A stretch of 64,000 bases of DNA from positions 262,141 through 326,140 of the forward strand of contig CAWBBU010000006.1 of assembly GCA_963787105.1 (NCBI GenBank). The letters run 5' to 3'. The notes beneath the pieces were generated by a model. The model was not told the origin of the DNA, made no database searches, and saw only the letters and a list, made by a program, of their open reading frames with translations. Position numbers and translations under genes: made by a program. The DNA is from an uncultured Bacillota bacterium. Its GTDB lineage: Bacteria; Sysuimicrobiota; Sysuimicrobiia; Sysuimicrobiales; Segetimicrobiaceae. This document shows, in pieces, positions 42,483 through 52,974 of this stretch (within the stretch, counting starts at the first letter, position 1; each line of letters starts with the position of its first letter).

Positions 42483-43115
42483 ATGCCGGCCATTCTCGGA
42501 AAGAAGCTCGGCATGACCCAGATCTTCGACGACGCGGGGCACGTGGTGCCCGTGACCGTCGTCGAAGCGGGTCCCTGCGTGGTCGTCGGCGTGCGCACGC
42601 GCGAGCGTGAAGGCTACGCGGCGGTGCAGCTTGGATTTGGGGCGATTTCCGAGTCCCGGATAAACAAGCCGCGCAAGGGCCTGTTCACGAAGCACGGCCT
42701 CCAGCCGATGCGCGTGATTCGGGAAGTGCGCACGGCCCGGGACGAGACGTTCGAGGTGGGGCAGGCGCTGCGGGCGGATGTGTTCAGCGGCGGCGACCGC
42801 GTGGACGTCGTCGGCGTGAGCAAGGGCAAGGGGTTCGCCGGGGCGATGAAGCGGCACAACTTCGGCGGGCAGCGGGACTCACACGGCAACAGCTTGATGC
42901 ACCGGGCGGTCGGCAGCATCGGGTCGAGCCAAATCGCGCGGGTGTTCAAAGGCAAGAAGATGCCGGGACGGTTGGGCGGCGAGCGGACCACGATCCGCGG
43001 GCTCCGCATCGTCTCCGTCGATCTCGAGCGTAACATGCTCCTGATCCGGGGCGCGGTGCCGGGTCCGCGTGGGGCGCTGCTCTTGGTCCGTCGGGCGGGG
43101 GGGAAGCGCGGATGA
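42483..43115 (+). CDS. rplC: 50S ribosomal protein L3 (uL3)
   Basis: ATG 42483 follows GAGGAG. MPAILGKKLGMTQIFD. Confidence 0.96.
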   Translation: MPAILGKKLGMTQIFDDAGHVVPVTVVEAGPCVVVGVRTREREGYAAVQLGFGAISESRINKPRKGLFTKHGLQPMRVIREVRTARDETFEVGQALRADVFSGGDRVDVVGVSKGKGFAGAMKRHNFGGQRDSHGNSLMHRAVGSIGSSQIARVFKGKKMPGRLGGERTTIRGLRIVSVDLERNMLLIRGAVPGPRGALLLVRRAGGKRG

Positions 43116-43738
43116 CGACAGCGATCGTCTACGACGCCGGCGGCAACCGGGTCGGAGAACTTGAGCTCGCGGCGGGCGTCTTCGGGATCACGCCGCACTC
43201 GGCGGTCCTGCACGAGGCGGTGGCCTGGCAGCTCGCCGGACGCCGGCGGGGGACCCACTCGACGCTGACGCGGGGCGAAGTCAACCGCACCACCAAGAAG
43301 ATGTACCGGCAGAAGGGCACCGGCCGGGCGCGGCACGGCGCGCGTGGGGCGCCCATATTTGTGGGCGGCGGCGTGGTGTTCGGTCCGAGGCCGCGCGACC
43401 ACAGCTACTCCTTGCCGAAGAAGGTGCGGCATCTCGCGATCCGGTCCGCGCTGTCCGAGAAGGCGCTCGAGGGGCGGATCTCGGTGCTCGACCGGCTCGA
43501 GCTGACGCAGCCGAAGACGAGCGTGCTGGCCAAGATGCTGCGCGCGGTCGAGGTGGAGGGCAAGGTGCTGCTCGTGACGGCCGGGCTGGATCCGATCGTC
43601 GTGCGGTCGGCGGCCAACATCCCCGGCGTGCACGTGATCCAGGCCGCGAACCTGAACGTGCACCTGATCTTGATCTCCGACCGGATCCTGATCGTCCGGG
43701 ACGCCCTGGATCAGATCGCGGAGGTGTTGGTGCCGTGA
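43112..43738 (+). CDS. rplD: 50S ribosomal protein L4 (uL4)
   Basis: 208 aa. ATGA overlap with rplC. RQKGTGRARHG motif. Confidence 0.96.
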   Translation: MTTAIVYDAGGNRVGELELAAGVFGITPHSAVLHEAVAWQLAGRRRGTHSTLTRGEVNRTTKKMYRQKGTGRARHGARGAPIFVGGGVVFGPRPRDHSYSLPKKVRHLAIRSALSEKALEGRISVLDRLELTQPKTSVLAKMLRAVEVEGKVLLVTAGLDPIVVRSAANIPGVHVIQAANLNVHLILISDRILIVRDALDQIAEVLVP

Positions 43739-44022
43739 ACGACCCGCGCGAAGTGATCCGGCGCCCGATCGTCACCGAGAAGAGCATGCGGGGGACGACG
43801 ATCAATAAATACACGTTCGAAGTGGACGGCGGATCGCCGAAGCCGGTGATCCGCACCGCGATCGAGCAGCTGTTCTCGGTGCACGTCACCAAGGTGAATG
43901 TGATCCGTATTCACGGCCGGCAGCGGCGGCGCGGCCAGCACAAGTACATGGAGGCCGGGTACCGGAAGGCCGTCGTGACCCTGGCCACCGGCGACAAGAT
44001 CGACATGGAGAAGCTGACATGA
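43735..44022 (+). CDS. rplW: 50S ribosomal protein L23 (uL23)
   Basis: 95 aa. IRRPIVTEKS..YTFEVD. Confidence 0.95.
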   Translation: MNDPREVIRRPIVTEKSMRGTTINKYTFEVDGGSPKPVIRTAIEQLFSVHVTKVNVIRIHGRQRRRGQHKYMEAGYRKAVVTLATGDKIDMEKLT

Positions 44023-44079
44023 CCGTGGGGCGAAGCGCACTCGGCACCCACAGGCCGCGTCGGCGGCGGGAGGCATAAG

Positions 44080-44904
44080 ATGGCGGTCAAGAAATTCAAG
44101 CCCATCACCCCGGGCCAGCGATTCAAGACCGTGTCGTCGTTTGACGAGATTACGAAGACGAAGCCGGAACGAGCGCTGCTCGACGCGCAGTCGTCGCACG
44201 CCGGACGCAACGCGCAGGGCAAGGTGACGGTCCGGCACCGTGGCGGCGGGCACAAGCAGCGGTACCGGATGATCGATTTCAAGCGGACCAAGGACGGTAT
44301 CAACGCCCGCGTCGCCGCGATCGAGTACGATCCGAACCGGTCGGCGCGGATCGCGCTGCTGCATTACGCGGACGGGGAGAAGCGGTACATCCTGGCCCCC
44401 GTGGGGCTCGGCGTCGGCGACGTGCTCGCGTCCGGCCCGCAGGCGGAGATCCGGCCGGGCAACGCGCTGCCGCTTCGCTCGATCCCGGTGGGCTCAACCG
44501 TGCACAACGTGGAGCTGCAGATCGGTCGCGGCGGCCAGATGGTGCGCAGCGCCGGGAGCTCGGCGCAGGTGATGGCCAAGGACGGCGACTACGCTCAGAT
44601 CCGGCTTCCCTCGGGCGAGGTCCGAATGGTGCACATCGACTGCCGCGCGACGATCGGGCAGGTCGGCAACCTTGACCACGAGTCGATCAGCATCGGCAAA
44701 GCAGGCCGGACGCGGTGGATGGGGTGGCGCCCCTCGGTGCGCGGCGTCGTCATGGATCCCAGCAGCCACCCGCACGGCGGCGGCGAGGGTAAGTCGCCGA
44801 TCGGTATGCCCGGACCGGTCACCCCGTGGGGCAAGCCGACCCTCGGATACCGGACGCGGACGACGAAGCCGAGCGACAAGTTCATCGTGAAGCGGCGGGA
44901 CTGA
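44080..44904 (+). CDS. rplB: 50S ribosomal protein L2 (uL2)
   Basis: 274 aa. [14 protein letters not shown] and GGGHKQRYR motifs. Confidence 0.97.
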   Translation: MAVKKFKPITPGQRFKTVSSFDEITKTKPERALLDAQSSHAGRNAQGKVTVRHRGGGHKQRYRMIDFKRTKDGINARVAAIEYDPNRSARIALLHYADGEKRYILAPVGLGVGDVLASGPQAEIRPGNALPLRSIPVGSTVHNVELQIGRGGQMVRSAGSSAQVMAKDGDYAQIRLPSGEVRMVHIDCRATIGQVGNLDHESISIGKAGRTRWMGWRPSVRGVVMDPSSHPHGGGEGKSPIGMPGPVTPWGKPTLGYRTRTTKPSDKFIVKRRD

Positions 44905-44988
44905 TGGGCGGGCACGCGAGCGGAGCACGAGACGGCGGGACCCACGGCACGGTGTGGGCGACCGATTTACGGGCGGGGTGGCGATAAT

Positions 44989-45324
44989 ATGGGCCGATCC
45001 ACAAAGAAGGGCCCCTTCGTGGATGCGCATCTGCTCACGAAGGTCCAGACCCTCAACAAGACGCGGGAGCGGCGCGTGATCCGCACGTGGTCCCGGCGCT
45101 CGACCGTCGTGCCGGAGATGGTCGGCCATACGATCGCGGTGTACGACGGCCGCAAGCACGTGCCGATTTATGTGACCGAGAACATGGTCGGGCACAAGCT
45201 CGGCGAGTTCGCGGCGACGCGGACGTTCAAGAGCCACGGCGCGCGGGTTGAGAAGACCACGGCCGTGCGGTCCGGCGCGCCCGCGGGCGGCGTGGCGACG
45301 CCCGCCGCGACGCCGGCGACGTAG
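44989..45324 (+). CDS. rpsS: 30S ribosomal protein S19 (uS19) with short Ala/Pro-rich C-terminal tail
   Basis: 111 aa. [29 protein letters not shown]. Confidence 0.96.
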   Translation: MGRSTKKGPFVDAHLLTKVQTLNKTRERRVIRTWSRRSTVVPEMVGHTIAVYDGRKHVPIYVTENMVGHKLGEFAATRTFKSHGARVEKTTAVRSGAPAGGVATPAATPAT

Positions 45325-45335
45325 AGGGGGCGGCG

Positions 45336-45668
45336 ATGGAAGCCAAGGCGATTGCGCGGCACGTGCGGATTTCGCCCACGAAGGTGCGGCCGGTGCTCGC
45401 GCTGATTCGGGGCAAGGGCATCGATGACGCGCTCGCGGTCCTGCAGTTCACGCCGAACCGCGCGGCGCGGGTGCTGGCCAAGGTGGTCGCCTCCGCGGCC
45501 GCCAACGCGGAGCACAACCTTGAGTTGGGGCGGGACACGCTGCGGGTGGCGCGGACATACGTGGACTCCGGCAGCACCGTCCGCCGGATGCAGCCCCGGG
45601 CGCGAGGCCGCGCGGACGTGATTAAGAAGCGGAGCAGTCACATTACTGTCGTGGTGAGCGACGAATGA
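45336..45668 (+). CDS. rplV: 50S ribosomal protein L22 (uL22)
   Basis: 110 aa. MEAKAIARHVRISPTKVR. Confidence 0.96.
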   Translation: MEAKAIARHVRISPTKVRPVLALIRGKGIDDALAVLQFTPNRAARVLAKVVASAAANAEHNLELGRDTLRVARTYVDSGSTVRRMQPRARGRADVIKKRSSHITVVVSDE

Positions 45669-45755
45669 CCGACGGTCGGCAGGACGGCCGAACGCTCGCA
45701 CGGACCGCGCGTGGGTGCCGGTTCGCGGGCCGGACTGCATAACAGGAGGCGCATC

Positions 45756-46511
45756 GTGGGGCAGAAGATCCATCCGATTGGGTTGAGGCTGGGGATCATC
45801 AAGGATTGGGAGTCCAAGTGGTACGCGGAAAAGAACTTTCCCGACCTCATCCAAGAGGACCAGACGCTCCGCAAGCACATCAAGGCGAAGCTCGGGCGGG
45901 CCGGAATCTCCCGCATCGAGATCGAGCGCGCGGCGAACCGGGTGCGGATCACGATCCACTCGGCCCGGCCGGGGATCATCATCGGCCGCGGCGGCACCGG
46001 GATCGACGCGCTGAAGAAAGAGCTGGAGGCGCTGACCGGCAAGCAGATTCAGCTGAACGTGCAGGAGATCCGGCGGGCGGAGCTCGAGGCGACGCTGGTC
46101 GCCCAGAACGTCGCTAGCCAGCTCGAGCGGCGGATCGCGTACCGGCGGGCGATGAAGCAGGCGGTGGCGCGCAGCCTCCGCAGCGGGGCGAAGGGGATTC
46201 GGATCGCGTGCGCCGGCCGGCTTGCCGGCGCCGAGATCGCCCGGTACGAATGGTACCGCGACGGCCGGGTGCCGCTTCACACGCTGCGCGCGGACATCGA
46301 TTTCGGTGTGGCCGAGGCGCTGACGACGTACGGACGCATTGGCGTCAAGGTCTGGATCTACCGAGGCGACGTGCTGCCGGAGCGGCGTCGGCCGGCGGAA
46401 CTACGGGGCCGCGCGGGGGAGACGACGGTGCTGCCGTCCAGGCTGCCGCGCGTGAACGTGCAGAGGAGGCAAGACGGAAATGCTGATGCCCAAGAGGGTC
46501 AAGTATCGTAA
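45756..46511 (+). CDS. rpsC: 30S ribosomal protein S3 (uS3)
   Basis: GTG 45756 follows AACAGGAGG and gives (M)[13 protein letters not shown]. The 3' end overlaps rplP by 32 nt. Confidence 0.94.
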   Translation: MGQKIHPIGLRLGIIKDWESKWYAEKNFPDLIQEDQTLRKHIKAKLGRAGISRIEIERAANRVRITIHSARPGIIIGRGGTGIDALKKELEALTGKQIQLNVQEIRRAELEATLVAQNVASQLERRIAYRRAMKQAVARSLRSGAKGIRIACAGRLAGAEIARYEWYRDGRVPLHTLRADIDFGVAEALTTYGRIGVKVWIYRGDVLPERRRPAELRGRAGETTVLPSRLPRVNVQRRQDGNADAQEGQVS

Positions 46512-46929
46512 GGCCCAGCGGGGACGCATGCGGGGCGAGGCGCACGCCGGGGCGTTTGTGGCGTTCGGGGAATACGGACTCCAGGCGCTCGGGCGTGGGT
46601 ACGTCACGAGCCAGCAGCTCGAAGCGTCGCGTCGGGCGATCACGCGGTTCATCAAGCGGGGCGGCAAGCTCTGGATCCGCGTGTTTCCGGACAAGCCGGT
46701 GACCAAGAAGCCGGCGGAAACGCGCATGGGCAGCGGCAAGGGCAACCCGGAGCAGTGGGTCGCCGTGATCAAACCCGGCCGCGTCCTGCTCGAGCTCGCC
46801 GGTGTGAACGAGGGCGTGGCGCGCGAGGCGATGCAGCTGGCCGGGCACAAGCTGCCGATCCGGACACGGTTCGTGCAGCGCGAAGTGCTCGGGCAGCCGG
46901 CGGCGATGGCGGGAGGGAGCCAGGCATGA
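46480..46929 (+). CDS. rplP: 50S ribosomal protein L16 (uL16)
   Basis: 149 aa. [19 protein letters not shown]. Confidence 0.97.
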   Translation: MLMPKRVKYRKAQRGRMRGEAHAGAFVAFGEYGLQALGRGYVTSQQLEASRRAITRFIKRGGKLWIRVFPDKPVTKKPAETRMGSGKGNPEQWVAVIKPGRVLLELAGVNEGVAREAMQLAGHKLPIRTRFVQREVLGQPAAMAGGSQA

Positions 46930-47129
46930 CGGCGGCGCCGTTGAGTGAACTGACCGAGGCGGAGATCGAAAAACAGCTTCAGGACGCGCGGCAGCAGCTG
47001 TTCACGCTTCGGCTGCAGCGCGCGTCGGGCAAGCTTGAGAGCCCGGCGCGGGTCTCGCAGGTGCGGCGCACGGTCGCGCGTCTCTTGACCGCGCTGCGCG
47101 AGCGCGAGCTGGCCGGAGGGAGGGCATGA
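46926..47129 (+). CDS. rpmC: 50S ribosomal protein L29 (uL29)
   Basis: 67 aa from ATG 46926 (ATGA overlap with rplP). [24 protein letters not shown]. Confidence 0.93.
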   Translation: MTAAPLSELTEAEIEKQLQDARQQLFTLRLQRASGKLESPARVSQVRRTVARLLTALRERELAGGRA

Positions 47130-47419
47130 TGGCGGAGGCACTCGGAGTTGCGGCGGTCGAGACGCCGGCACGGGGCAAGCGGAAGACGCAGGTCGGCCTT
47201 GTCGTCAGCGACAAGATGCAGAAGACCGTCGTCGTCGAGGTCGTCCGGCGCGGCCGGCATCCGTTGTACCGGAAGGTCGTCCGGCAGAACCGCCGCTTCA
47301 AGGCGCACGACGAGCAGAACGAGGCGCACGTCGGCGATCGGGTGCTGATCTCGGAGACCCGTCCGCTGAGCAAGGACAAGCGGTGGCGCGTGGTCCAGGT
47401 GTTGGAGCGGGCTCGGTAG
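47126..47419 (+). CDS. rpsQ: 30S ribosomal protein S17 (uS17)
   Basis: 97 aa. [16 protein letters not shown] and [13 protein letters not shown] motifs. Confidence 0.95.
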   Translation: MMAEALGVAAVETPARGKRKTQVGLVVSDKMQKTVVVEVVRRGRHPLYRKVVRQNRRFKAHDEQNEAHVGDRVLISETRPLSKDKRWRVVQVLERAR

Positions 47420-47469
47420 ACGGCGCATCGCCGTCGAGGGGTGCCAGCGGGGCGTGACGGGGGCAAGCG

Positions 47470-47838
47470 ATGATTCAGAACTATACACGGCTGAGGGTGG
47501 CGGATAACACCGGGGCGCGCGAGATCATGTGCATTCGCGTCAAGGGCGGATCCGATCGTCGGTACGCGGGAATCGGTGATGTGATCGTCGCCACCGTCAA
47601 ACAGGCGATTCCAAACAGTGCCGTTAAGAAGGGTGAAGTGGTGCGCGCGGTGGTCGTCCGGACGACCCGGCCGACGCGGCGGCCCGATGGGACGGCGATT
47701 CGGTTCGACGACAACGCGGCGGTGCTGATCACCGACCAGAACAACCCCCGGGGGACCCGGATCTTTGGGCCCGTCGCGCGGGAACTGCGGGACAAGCAGT
47801 TCATGAAGATCATCTCGCTCGCGCCGGAGGTGCTGTGA
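47470..47838 (+). CDS. rplN: 50S ribosomal protein L14 (uL14)
   Basis: 122 aa. [24 protein letters not shown]. Confidence 0.97.
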   Translation: MIQNYTRLRVADNTGAREIMCIRVKGGSDRRYAGIGDVIVATVKQAIPNSAVKKGEVVRAVVVRTTRPTRRPDGTAIRFDDNAAVLITDQNNPRGTRIFGPVARELRDKQFMKIISLAPEVL

Positions 47839-48176
47839 TGGGCGGACCGAGAGTCACGATGCACGTCCGGCGTGGTGACACGGTCGAGGTGATCCACGGA
47901 AAGTACCGGGGAAAGCGCGGCAAGGTCCTGCGCGTCATCCCGGACCGCGGACGGATCATCGTCGAAGGCGTGATGGTGGCGAAGCGCCATACCAAGCCGT
48001 CGGACAAGAACCCGGCGGGCGGCATCATCGAGAAGCCGATGCCGTTTCCCTCGGGGAAGGCAATGCTGGTGTGCACGCGGTGCGGGCGCGCCGTGCGGTT
48101 CGGGCACCAGCGGATGGAGGACGGCAAGTCGGTGCGGGTGTGCCGGCACTGCGGAGAGATTATCGACCGGGCGTAG
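47838..48176 (+). CDS. rplX: 50S ribosomal protein L24 (uL24)
   Basis: ATG 47838 (TGATG with the rplN stop) sits 7 nt after GGAGG. RRGDTVEVIHGKYRGKRGKV KOW motif. The start could instead be ATG 47859. Confidence 0.93.
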   Translation: MGGPRVTMHVRRGDTVEVIHGKYRGKRGKVLRVIPDRGRIIVEGVMVAKRHTKPSDKNPAGGIIEKPMPFPSGKAMLVCTRCGRAVRFGHQRMEDGKSVRVCRHCGEIIDRA

Positions 48177-48221
48177 ACGGCCGTTTCGCGGTCACGGCGG
48201 ACGGTCAACACGAGGTGTACG

Positions 48222-48785
48222 ATGGAACGGTTGCGCGAGAAGTATAAGGGAGAGGTCACGACCGGGCTTCGGGAGCGGTTCGGCTATACGAACCCGATGC
48301 AGGTGCCCAAGGTCGAGAAGGTCGTCATTAACATGCGCGTCGCCGATGCGCTGCAGGACCAGCGCCACCTCGACAAGGCGGTGGAGGAGCTGACGCTCAT
48401 CAGCGGGCAGCGGCCGGTGATCACACGCGCCCGGCGGTCGATCGCGGCGTTCAAGCTGCGCACCGGGAACCCGATCGGGTGTAAGGTGACGCTGCGCGGC
48501 GAGCGGATGTATGAGTTTCTCGACAAGCTGTTCAACATCAGCCTGCCGCGGATCAAGGATTTCAAAGGGCTCTCGACGCGATCGCTCGACGGCCGCGGCG
48601 GCATGAATATCGGGCTGCGCGAGCAGCTGATCTTCCCTGAGATCGAATATGACAAGGTGGACAAAATCCGCGGGATGGACATCTCGATCGTCACGACTGC
48701 GCGGACCGATGAGGAAGCCCGGGAGCTCCTGCGGCTGCTCGGACTGCCGCTCCGCGAGACCGCGCAGGTCGGGGGGGCCAATTAA
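48222..48785 (+). CDS. rplE: 50S ribosomal protein L5 (uL5)
   Basis: 187 aa. [24 protein letters not shown]. Confidence 0.97.
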   Translation: MERLREKYKGEVTTGLRERFGYTNPMQVPKVEKVVINMRVADALQDQRHLDKAVEELTLISGQRPVITRARRSIAAFKLRTGNPIGCKVTLRGERMYEFLDKLFNISLPRIKDFKGLSTRSLDGRGGMNIGLREQLIFPEIEYDKVDKIRGMDISIVTTARTDEEARELLRLLGLPLRETAQVGGAN

Positions 48786-48970
48786 TGCCAAAGAAGGCGC
48801 TGCTCAATAAGTGGCGGAAGACGCCGAAGTTCAAGGTGCGGCGGTACAATCGCTGCCGCAACTGCGGCCGCCCGCGCGCGGTGTTCCGGAAGTTCGGCCT
48901 GTGCCGGATCTGCCTGCGCACGCTGGCCCACCGGGGAGAGATCCCCGGCGTGGTCAAGGCCAGTTGGTGA
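48785..48970 (+). CDS. rpsN: 30S ribosomal protein S14, short zinc-binding type Z (uS14)
   Basis: 61 aa. CRNCGRP..CRIC. TAATG overlap with rplE. Confidence 0.95.
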   Translation: MPKKALLNKWRKTPKFKVRRYNRCRNCGRPRAVFRKFGLCRICLRTLAHRGEIPGVVKASW

Positions 48971-48979
48971 GGTGACGGA

Positions 48980-49378
48980 GTGGGAGTGATTACCGATCCG
49001 ATCGCGGACATGCTCACCCGGATTCGCAACGGCATGATTGCGCACCACGATGCCGTGTCGATGCCGGCGTCGCGCATGAAAATGGAGATCGCGAAGATCC
49101 TCAAGGCTGAGGGATTCATCGCCGACTTTCATGCGGAGAAGACGACGCCCGAGGGGATTCGGATCCAGCTGCGGTACGGGGAGCGCAAGCAGACCATCAT
49201 CACGGGCCTCCGGCGGATCAGCCGTCCGGGGCTGCGGATCTATGCGCGCCGGGCGGACGTGCCGCGCGTGCGCGGCGGGCTCGGCGTGGCGATCCTCTCC
49301 ACGTCCCGCGGCGTCATGACCGACCGCGACGCCCGCAAGGCCGGGGTCGGCGGTGAAGTGCTGTGCTTCATCTGGTAG
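48980..49378 (+). CDS. rpsH: 30S ribosomal protein S8 (uS8)
   Basis: 132 aa. [14 protein letters not shown]. Confidence 0.96.
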   Translation: MGVITDPIADMLTRIRNGMIAHHDAVSMPASRMKMEIAKILKAEGFIADFHAEKTTPEGIRIQLRYGERKQTIITGLRRISRPGLRIYARRADVPRVRGGLGVAILSTSRGVMTDRDARKAGVGGEVLCFIW

Positions 49379-49397
49379 TGGAGGGAAGGAGCCGGGG

Positions 49398-49955
49398 ATG
49401 TCTCGTGTAGGCAGAGCGCCGATTCCGATCCCTCAGGGGGTCGAGGTCCGGATCGCGGACGGGACGGTGCACGTGTCCGGGCCGAAGGGCAAGTTGGAGC
49501 GGACGGTTCACGCCGATATTCTGGTGGCGGTGGCGGACCAGCAGGTGCTCGTGACCCGGCAGAGCGAGGATAAGTTTCACCGGGCGCTCCACGGGCTGAC
49601 GCGGGCGCTTGTGGCGAACATGGTGCGCGGCGTGACCCAGGGCTACCAGGTGGAACTGGAGATCCAGGGCGTGGGCTATCGCGCGCAAAAGCAGGGCGCG
49701 AACCTGACGCTGCAGATCGGGTACTCGCATCCGATCGAAGTCAAGCCGCCGGCCGGGGTGACCCTTGAGACCCCGGCGCCGAACCGGATCGTGGTCGGCG
49801 GCATCGATAAGGAATCGGTGGGGCAGACCGCGGCGACGATCCGCGCCTACCGCAAGCCGGATCCGTATAAGGGCAAGGGGATCCGCTATCTCGGTGAGCG
49901 GGTGCGGCGCAAGGCGGGTAAGGCGGGCAAGGCCGCCGGCGGCGCGAAGGGCTAA
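49398..49955 (+). CDS. rplF: 50S ribosomal protein L6 (uL6)
   Basis: ATG 49398 follows GGAGGGAAGGAG. MSRVGRAPIPIPQGVEV. Confidence 0.96.
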   Translation: MSRVGRAPIPIPQGVEVRIADGTVHVSGPKGKLERTVHADILVAVADQQVLVTRQSEDKFHRALHGLTRALVANMVRGVTQGYQVELEIQGVGYRAQKQGANLTLQIGYSHPIEVKPPAGVTLETPAPNRIVVGGIDKESVGQTAATIRAYRKPDPYKGKGIRYLGERVRRKAGKAGKAAGGAKG

Positions 49956-50006
49956 GAGACACTGGCGGGGCGGCGTGCCATCGGCGCCGACCGCGGGGGT
50001 GGACCG

Positions 50007-50375
50007 ATGATCAAGCACAAGGATCGCAATGTGAGCCGGCAGCGGCGCCATCTCCGGATTCGCCGGACGGTGTCCGGCACGCCGGAGCGGCCGCGGCTGT
50101 CGGTGTTCCGCAGCCTGTCCCACGTCTACGTCCAGCTCGTCGACGACGGCACGGGGCGAACGCTCGCGGCCGCGTCGACGCTCGACCCCGAGATCCGCGC
50201 GCAGGCGGACGCGGCGAACAAGTCCGAGGCGTGTAAGATCCTCGGGCAGTTGATCGCACGGCGTGCGAAAGAGCGCGGGCTGAGCCGGGTCGTGTTCGAC
50301 CGGGGCGGCTACCAGTACCACGGCCGCGTACGGGCCGTCGCAGACGGCGCCCGCGAGGGCGGGCTCGAGTTTTAG
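50007..50375 (+). CDS. rplR: 50S ribosomal protein L18 (uL18)
   Basis: 122 aa. [18 protein letters not shown] and GYQYHGRV motifs. Confidence 0.96.
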   Translation: MIKHKDRNVSRQRRHLRIRRTVSGTPERPRLSVFRSLSHVYVQLVDDGTGRTLAAASTLDPEIRAQADAANKSEACKILGQLIARRAKERGLSRVVFDRGGYQYHGRVRAVADGAREGGLEF

Positions 50376-50409
50376 GACCGGCGGCACCGCCGCCGCGAGG
50401 AGGAAATGG

Positions 50410-51048
50410 ATGCCACGTTCCAAGAGTAAGCTCGTCAAAGGCAAGAACAAGCTGCGGGGCAAGGCCCGCAAGGTTGAGGCGCCCCCGGCACAGAAACCGG
50501 CGGACCTGGAATACCTGCACCGGCGCGTTAACGCCGATGGCGTCAACCTGACCTGGGAGAAGGCGATCTGGATCAACCGGGTCGCCAAGGTGACCAAGGG
50601 CGCGAAGCGGTTTAACTTCAGCGCGCTTGTGGTCGTCGGTGACGAGCACGGCCACGTCGGGGTGGGGCTCGGGAAGGCGGGCGAGGTGCCCGATTCGATC
50701 CGGAAGGGCACCGAGGACGCGAAGAAGCACCTCATGCACGTGGCGCTGACCGGGACCACGGTCCCGCACGAGATCGTGTCGGAGTACGGCGCCGCGCGCG
50801 TGCTGCTGAAGCCGGCGGCGAAGGGGACGGGCGTCATCGCGGGCGGCCCGGTGCGGGCGGTGCTCGAAGCGGCCGGGGTGCGCGACATCCTGACGAAGTC
50901 GCTCGGGAGCAAGAATCCGATCAATCAGGCGCGGGCGACGCTGAAAGGGATGCTCGATATCCGGCGTCCCGAGGAAGTCGCACGGAGCCGGCACAAGACG
51001 GTGGCCGAACTTGTCGGGCGGAGGGCCGAGCGGTGGATGACGGCGTAG
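50410..51048 (+). CDS. rpsE: 30S ribosomal protein S5 (uS5) with Lys-rich N-terminal extension
   Basis: 212 aa. [24 protein letters not shown] core. About 45 extra N-terminal residues. Confidence 0.95.
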   Translation: MPRSKSKLVKGKNKLRGKARKVEAPPAQKPADLEYLHRRVNADGVNLTWEKAIWINRVAKVTKGAKRFNFSALVVVGDEHGHVGVGLGKAGEVPDSIRKGTEDAKKHLMHVALTGTTVPHEIVSEYGAARVLLKPAAKGTGVIAGGPVRAVLEAAGVRDILTKSLGSKNPINQARATLKGMLDIRRPEEVARSRHKTVAELVGRRAERWMTA

Positions 51049-51248
51049 CGAGGCAGATCCGCATCACCCTGCGGGGCAGCCTGATCGGACAGACGCAGTC
51101 CCAGCGCCGCACGGTGTGGGCGCTCGGTCTCAGGCGCATCGGCGCGGCGCGCGTGCACACGCTGACGCCTGGACTGCGCGGGGCGCTCCGGAAGGTTCAG
51201 CATTTGGTGGACGTCAGCGAGGTGACGACGGATGGCCAATCTCGGTAA
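51033..51248 (+). CDS. rpmD: 50S ribosomal protein L30 (uL30)
   Basis: [32 protein letters not shown] start overlaps the rpsE 3' end. Confidence 0.9.
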   Translation: MDDGVARQIRITLRGSLIGQTQSQRRTVWALGLRRIGAARVHTLTPGLRGALRKVQHLVDVSEVTTDGQSR

Positions 51249-51699
51249 GCTGAAGCCCGCGCGCGGGTCGCGCAAACCGAGCCGCCGCATCGGGCGGGGC
51301 GGGTCGTCCGGCAGCGGCAACACGGCGGGACGGGGCCACAAAGGGCAGAAAGCCCGCTCCGGCGGACAGATGCGGCCCGGGTTCGAGGGCGGCCAGCTGC
51401 CGCTCATCAAGCGAGTCCCGTACAAGCGCGGCGTGCGCGGTGCCGGCAGCAACTTGGTCGGCGGCGTGCGGCCGGCGCGCATGGGCACGGTGAACGTCGG
51501 CCGGCTCAGCGCATTTCCGGCCGGGAGCGACATCACCCCCGAGACCCTGCGGGAGGCGCGGATGCTTCGGGCGGCCCAGGTGAAGATTCTCGGGGAGGGC
51601 GATCTCGGCCATGCGCTGGTCGTCCACGCCCATGCGTTCAGCGCCTCGGCGCGGAAGCAGATCGAGGCGGCGGGAGGGCGGGCCGAGGTGATCGCATGA
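51232..51699 (+). CDS. rplO: 50S ribosomal protein L15 (uL15)
   Basis: 155 aa. [36 protein letters not shown]. Confidence 0.96.
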   Translation: MANLGKLKPARGSRKPSRRIGRGGSSGSGNTAGRGHKGQKARSGGQMRPGFEGGQLPLIKRVPYKRGVRGAGSNLVGGVRPARMGTVNVGRLSAFPAGSDITPETLREARMLRAAQVKILGEGDLGHALVVHAHAFSASARKQIEAAGGRAEVIA

Positions 51700-52964
51700 T
51701 TCCAGGGCTGGCCAACGTATTTCGGATCCCGGATCTCCGGCGGAAGTTCCTGTTCACCGTCGGGATGCTGGCGGTGTTCCGCCTCGGGTCGCACATCCCG
51801 GTGCCCGGCGTGAACGTGGCCCAGCTGCAGAACCTCTTTAACCAGCCCGGCAACGCGCTCGGCTTCATCGACCTGTTCGTCGGCGGCGCGCTCTCACGGT
51901 TCGCCGTGTTCGCGCTCGGCGTGTTCCCCTACATCACCGCGTCGATCATCTTCAGCCTGCTCGAGGTCGTGTTCCCGCGGCTGAAGGAGATCCACCGGGA
52001 AGAGGGCGAGGCCGGCCGCCGCAAAATCGGGCAGTGGACGCTGTATCTGGCCGTCGTGCTCGCGGTGATCCAGGGCTCGTCGCAGGTGCTCCTGATCCGG
52101 AACCTGAACGCGATCATCAATCCGAGCCCGCTCGTCTTCACCGAGATCCTCGCCACGCTGGTCGCGGGGACGATGGTGCTGACGTGGATGGGCGAGATCA
52201 TGACCGAGTACGGGATCGGGAACGGCGTGTCGCTGATCATCTTCGCCGGCATCTGCTCGCGTCTGCCGCAACAGCTGCAGCAGACGGTCGGGCTGGTGAA
52301 CGTCGGCGAGTCCACGTGGCTCAACGCGGTCTCGGACATCTTCGTGATTCTGATCAGCATCGTGCTCGTCGTGCTGGTCACCCAGGCCGCCCGCAAGATC
52401 CCGATTCAGTACGCGAAGCGCATCGTGGGGCGCCGCATGGTGGGCGGGCAGACGACCTACCTGCCGATGCGAATCGCATCGTCGGGCGTCATCCCGATCA
52501 TCTTCGCGGTGTCGATGATTCAGCTGCCGACGACGATCGCGCAGTTTTCGAAGAACCCGCTGGTCCAGGAGATCGGCGCGTACTTCAGTCTCAACGGGAC
52601 GACCGGCGCGCTCATCTACTTCGTGCTGATCATCTTCTTCACGTACTTCTACAGTGCGGTGACCTTCGATCCGGATGACGTGTCGGACAACATCAAGAAG
52701 TACGGCGGCTTTATCCCGGGCATCCGTCCGGGCAAGCCAACCACCGATTATTTGACCCGCATCCTGGAGCGGTTGACGCTGGTGGGCGCGGTCTTCCTGG
52801 GATTGATCGCCGTCGTGCCGATCTTTATCTCCCGGTTCACCGGGCAGTTGACGCTGTACCTGACCGGGACGTCTCTTCTCATCGTGGTGGGCGTGGCGCT
52901 CGACACGATGAAGCAGATCGAGGCGTATGTTCTGATGCGGCACTACGAAGGCTTCATGAAGTGA
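51696..52964 (+). CDS. secY: Preprotein translocase subunit SecY
   Basis: 422 aa polytopic protein. Starts LRRKFLFTVGMLAVFRLGSHIPVPG. Confidence 0.97.
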   Translation: MIPGLANVFRIPDLRRKFLFTVGMLAVFRLGSHIPVPGVNVAQLQNLFNQPGNALGFIDLFVGGALSRFAVFALGVFPYITASIIFSLLEVVFPRLKEIHREEGEAGRRKIGQWTLYLAVVLAVIQGSSQVLLIRNLNAIINPSPLVFTEILATLVAGTMVLTWMGEIMTEYGIGNGVSLIIFAGICSRLPQQLQQTVGLVNVGESTWLNAVSDIFVILISIVLVVLVTQAARKIPIQYAKRIVGRRMVGGQTTYLPMRIASSGVIPIIFAVSMIQLPTTIAQFSKNPLVQEIGAYFSLNGTTGALIYFVLIIFFTYFYSAVTFDPDDVSDNIKKYGGFIPGIRPGKPTTDYLTRILERLTLVGAVFLGLIAVVPIFISRFTGQLTLYLTGTSLLIVVGVALDTMKQIEAYVLMRHYEGFMK

Positions 52965-52974
52965 TCGGCGCCCC

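Noticed and set aside
46380-46511. Possible frameshift at the S3 C-terminus. An alternative frame ends at TGA 46484-46486, close to the rplP ATG, and reads [18 protein letters not shown].
   Set aside because: GC3 is clearly higher in the ORF-track frame up to the rplP overlap, so the annotated frame is favoured. Not resolvable by eye.
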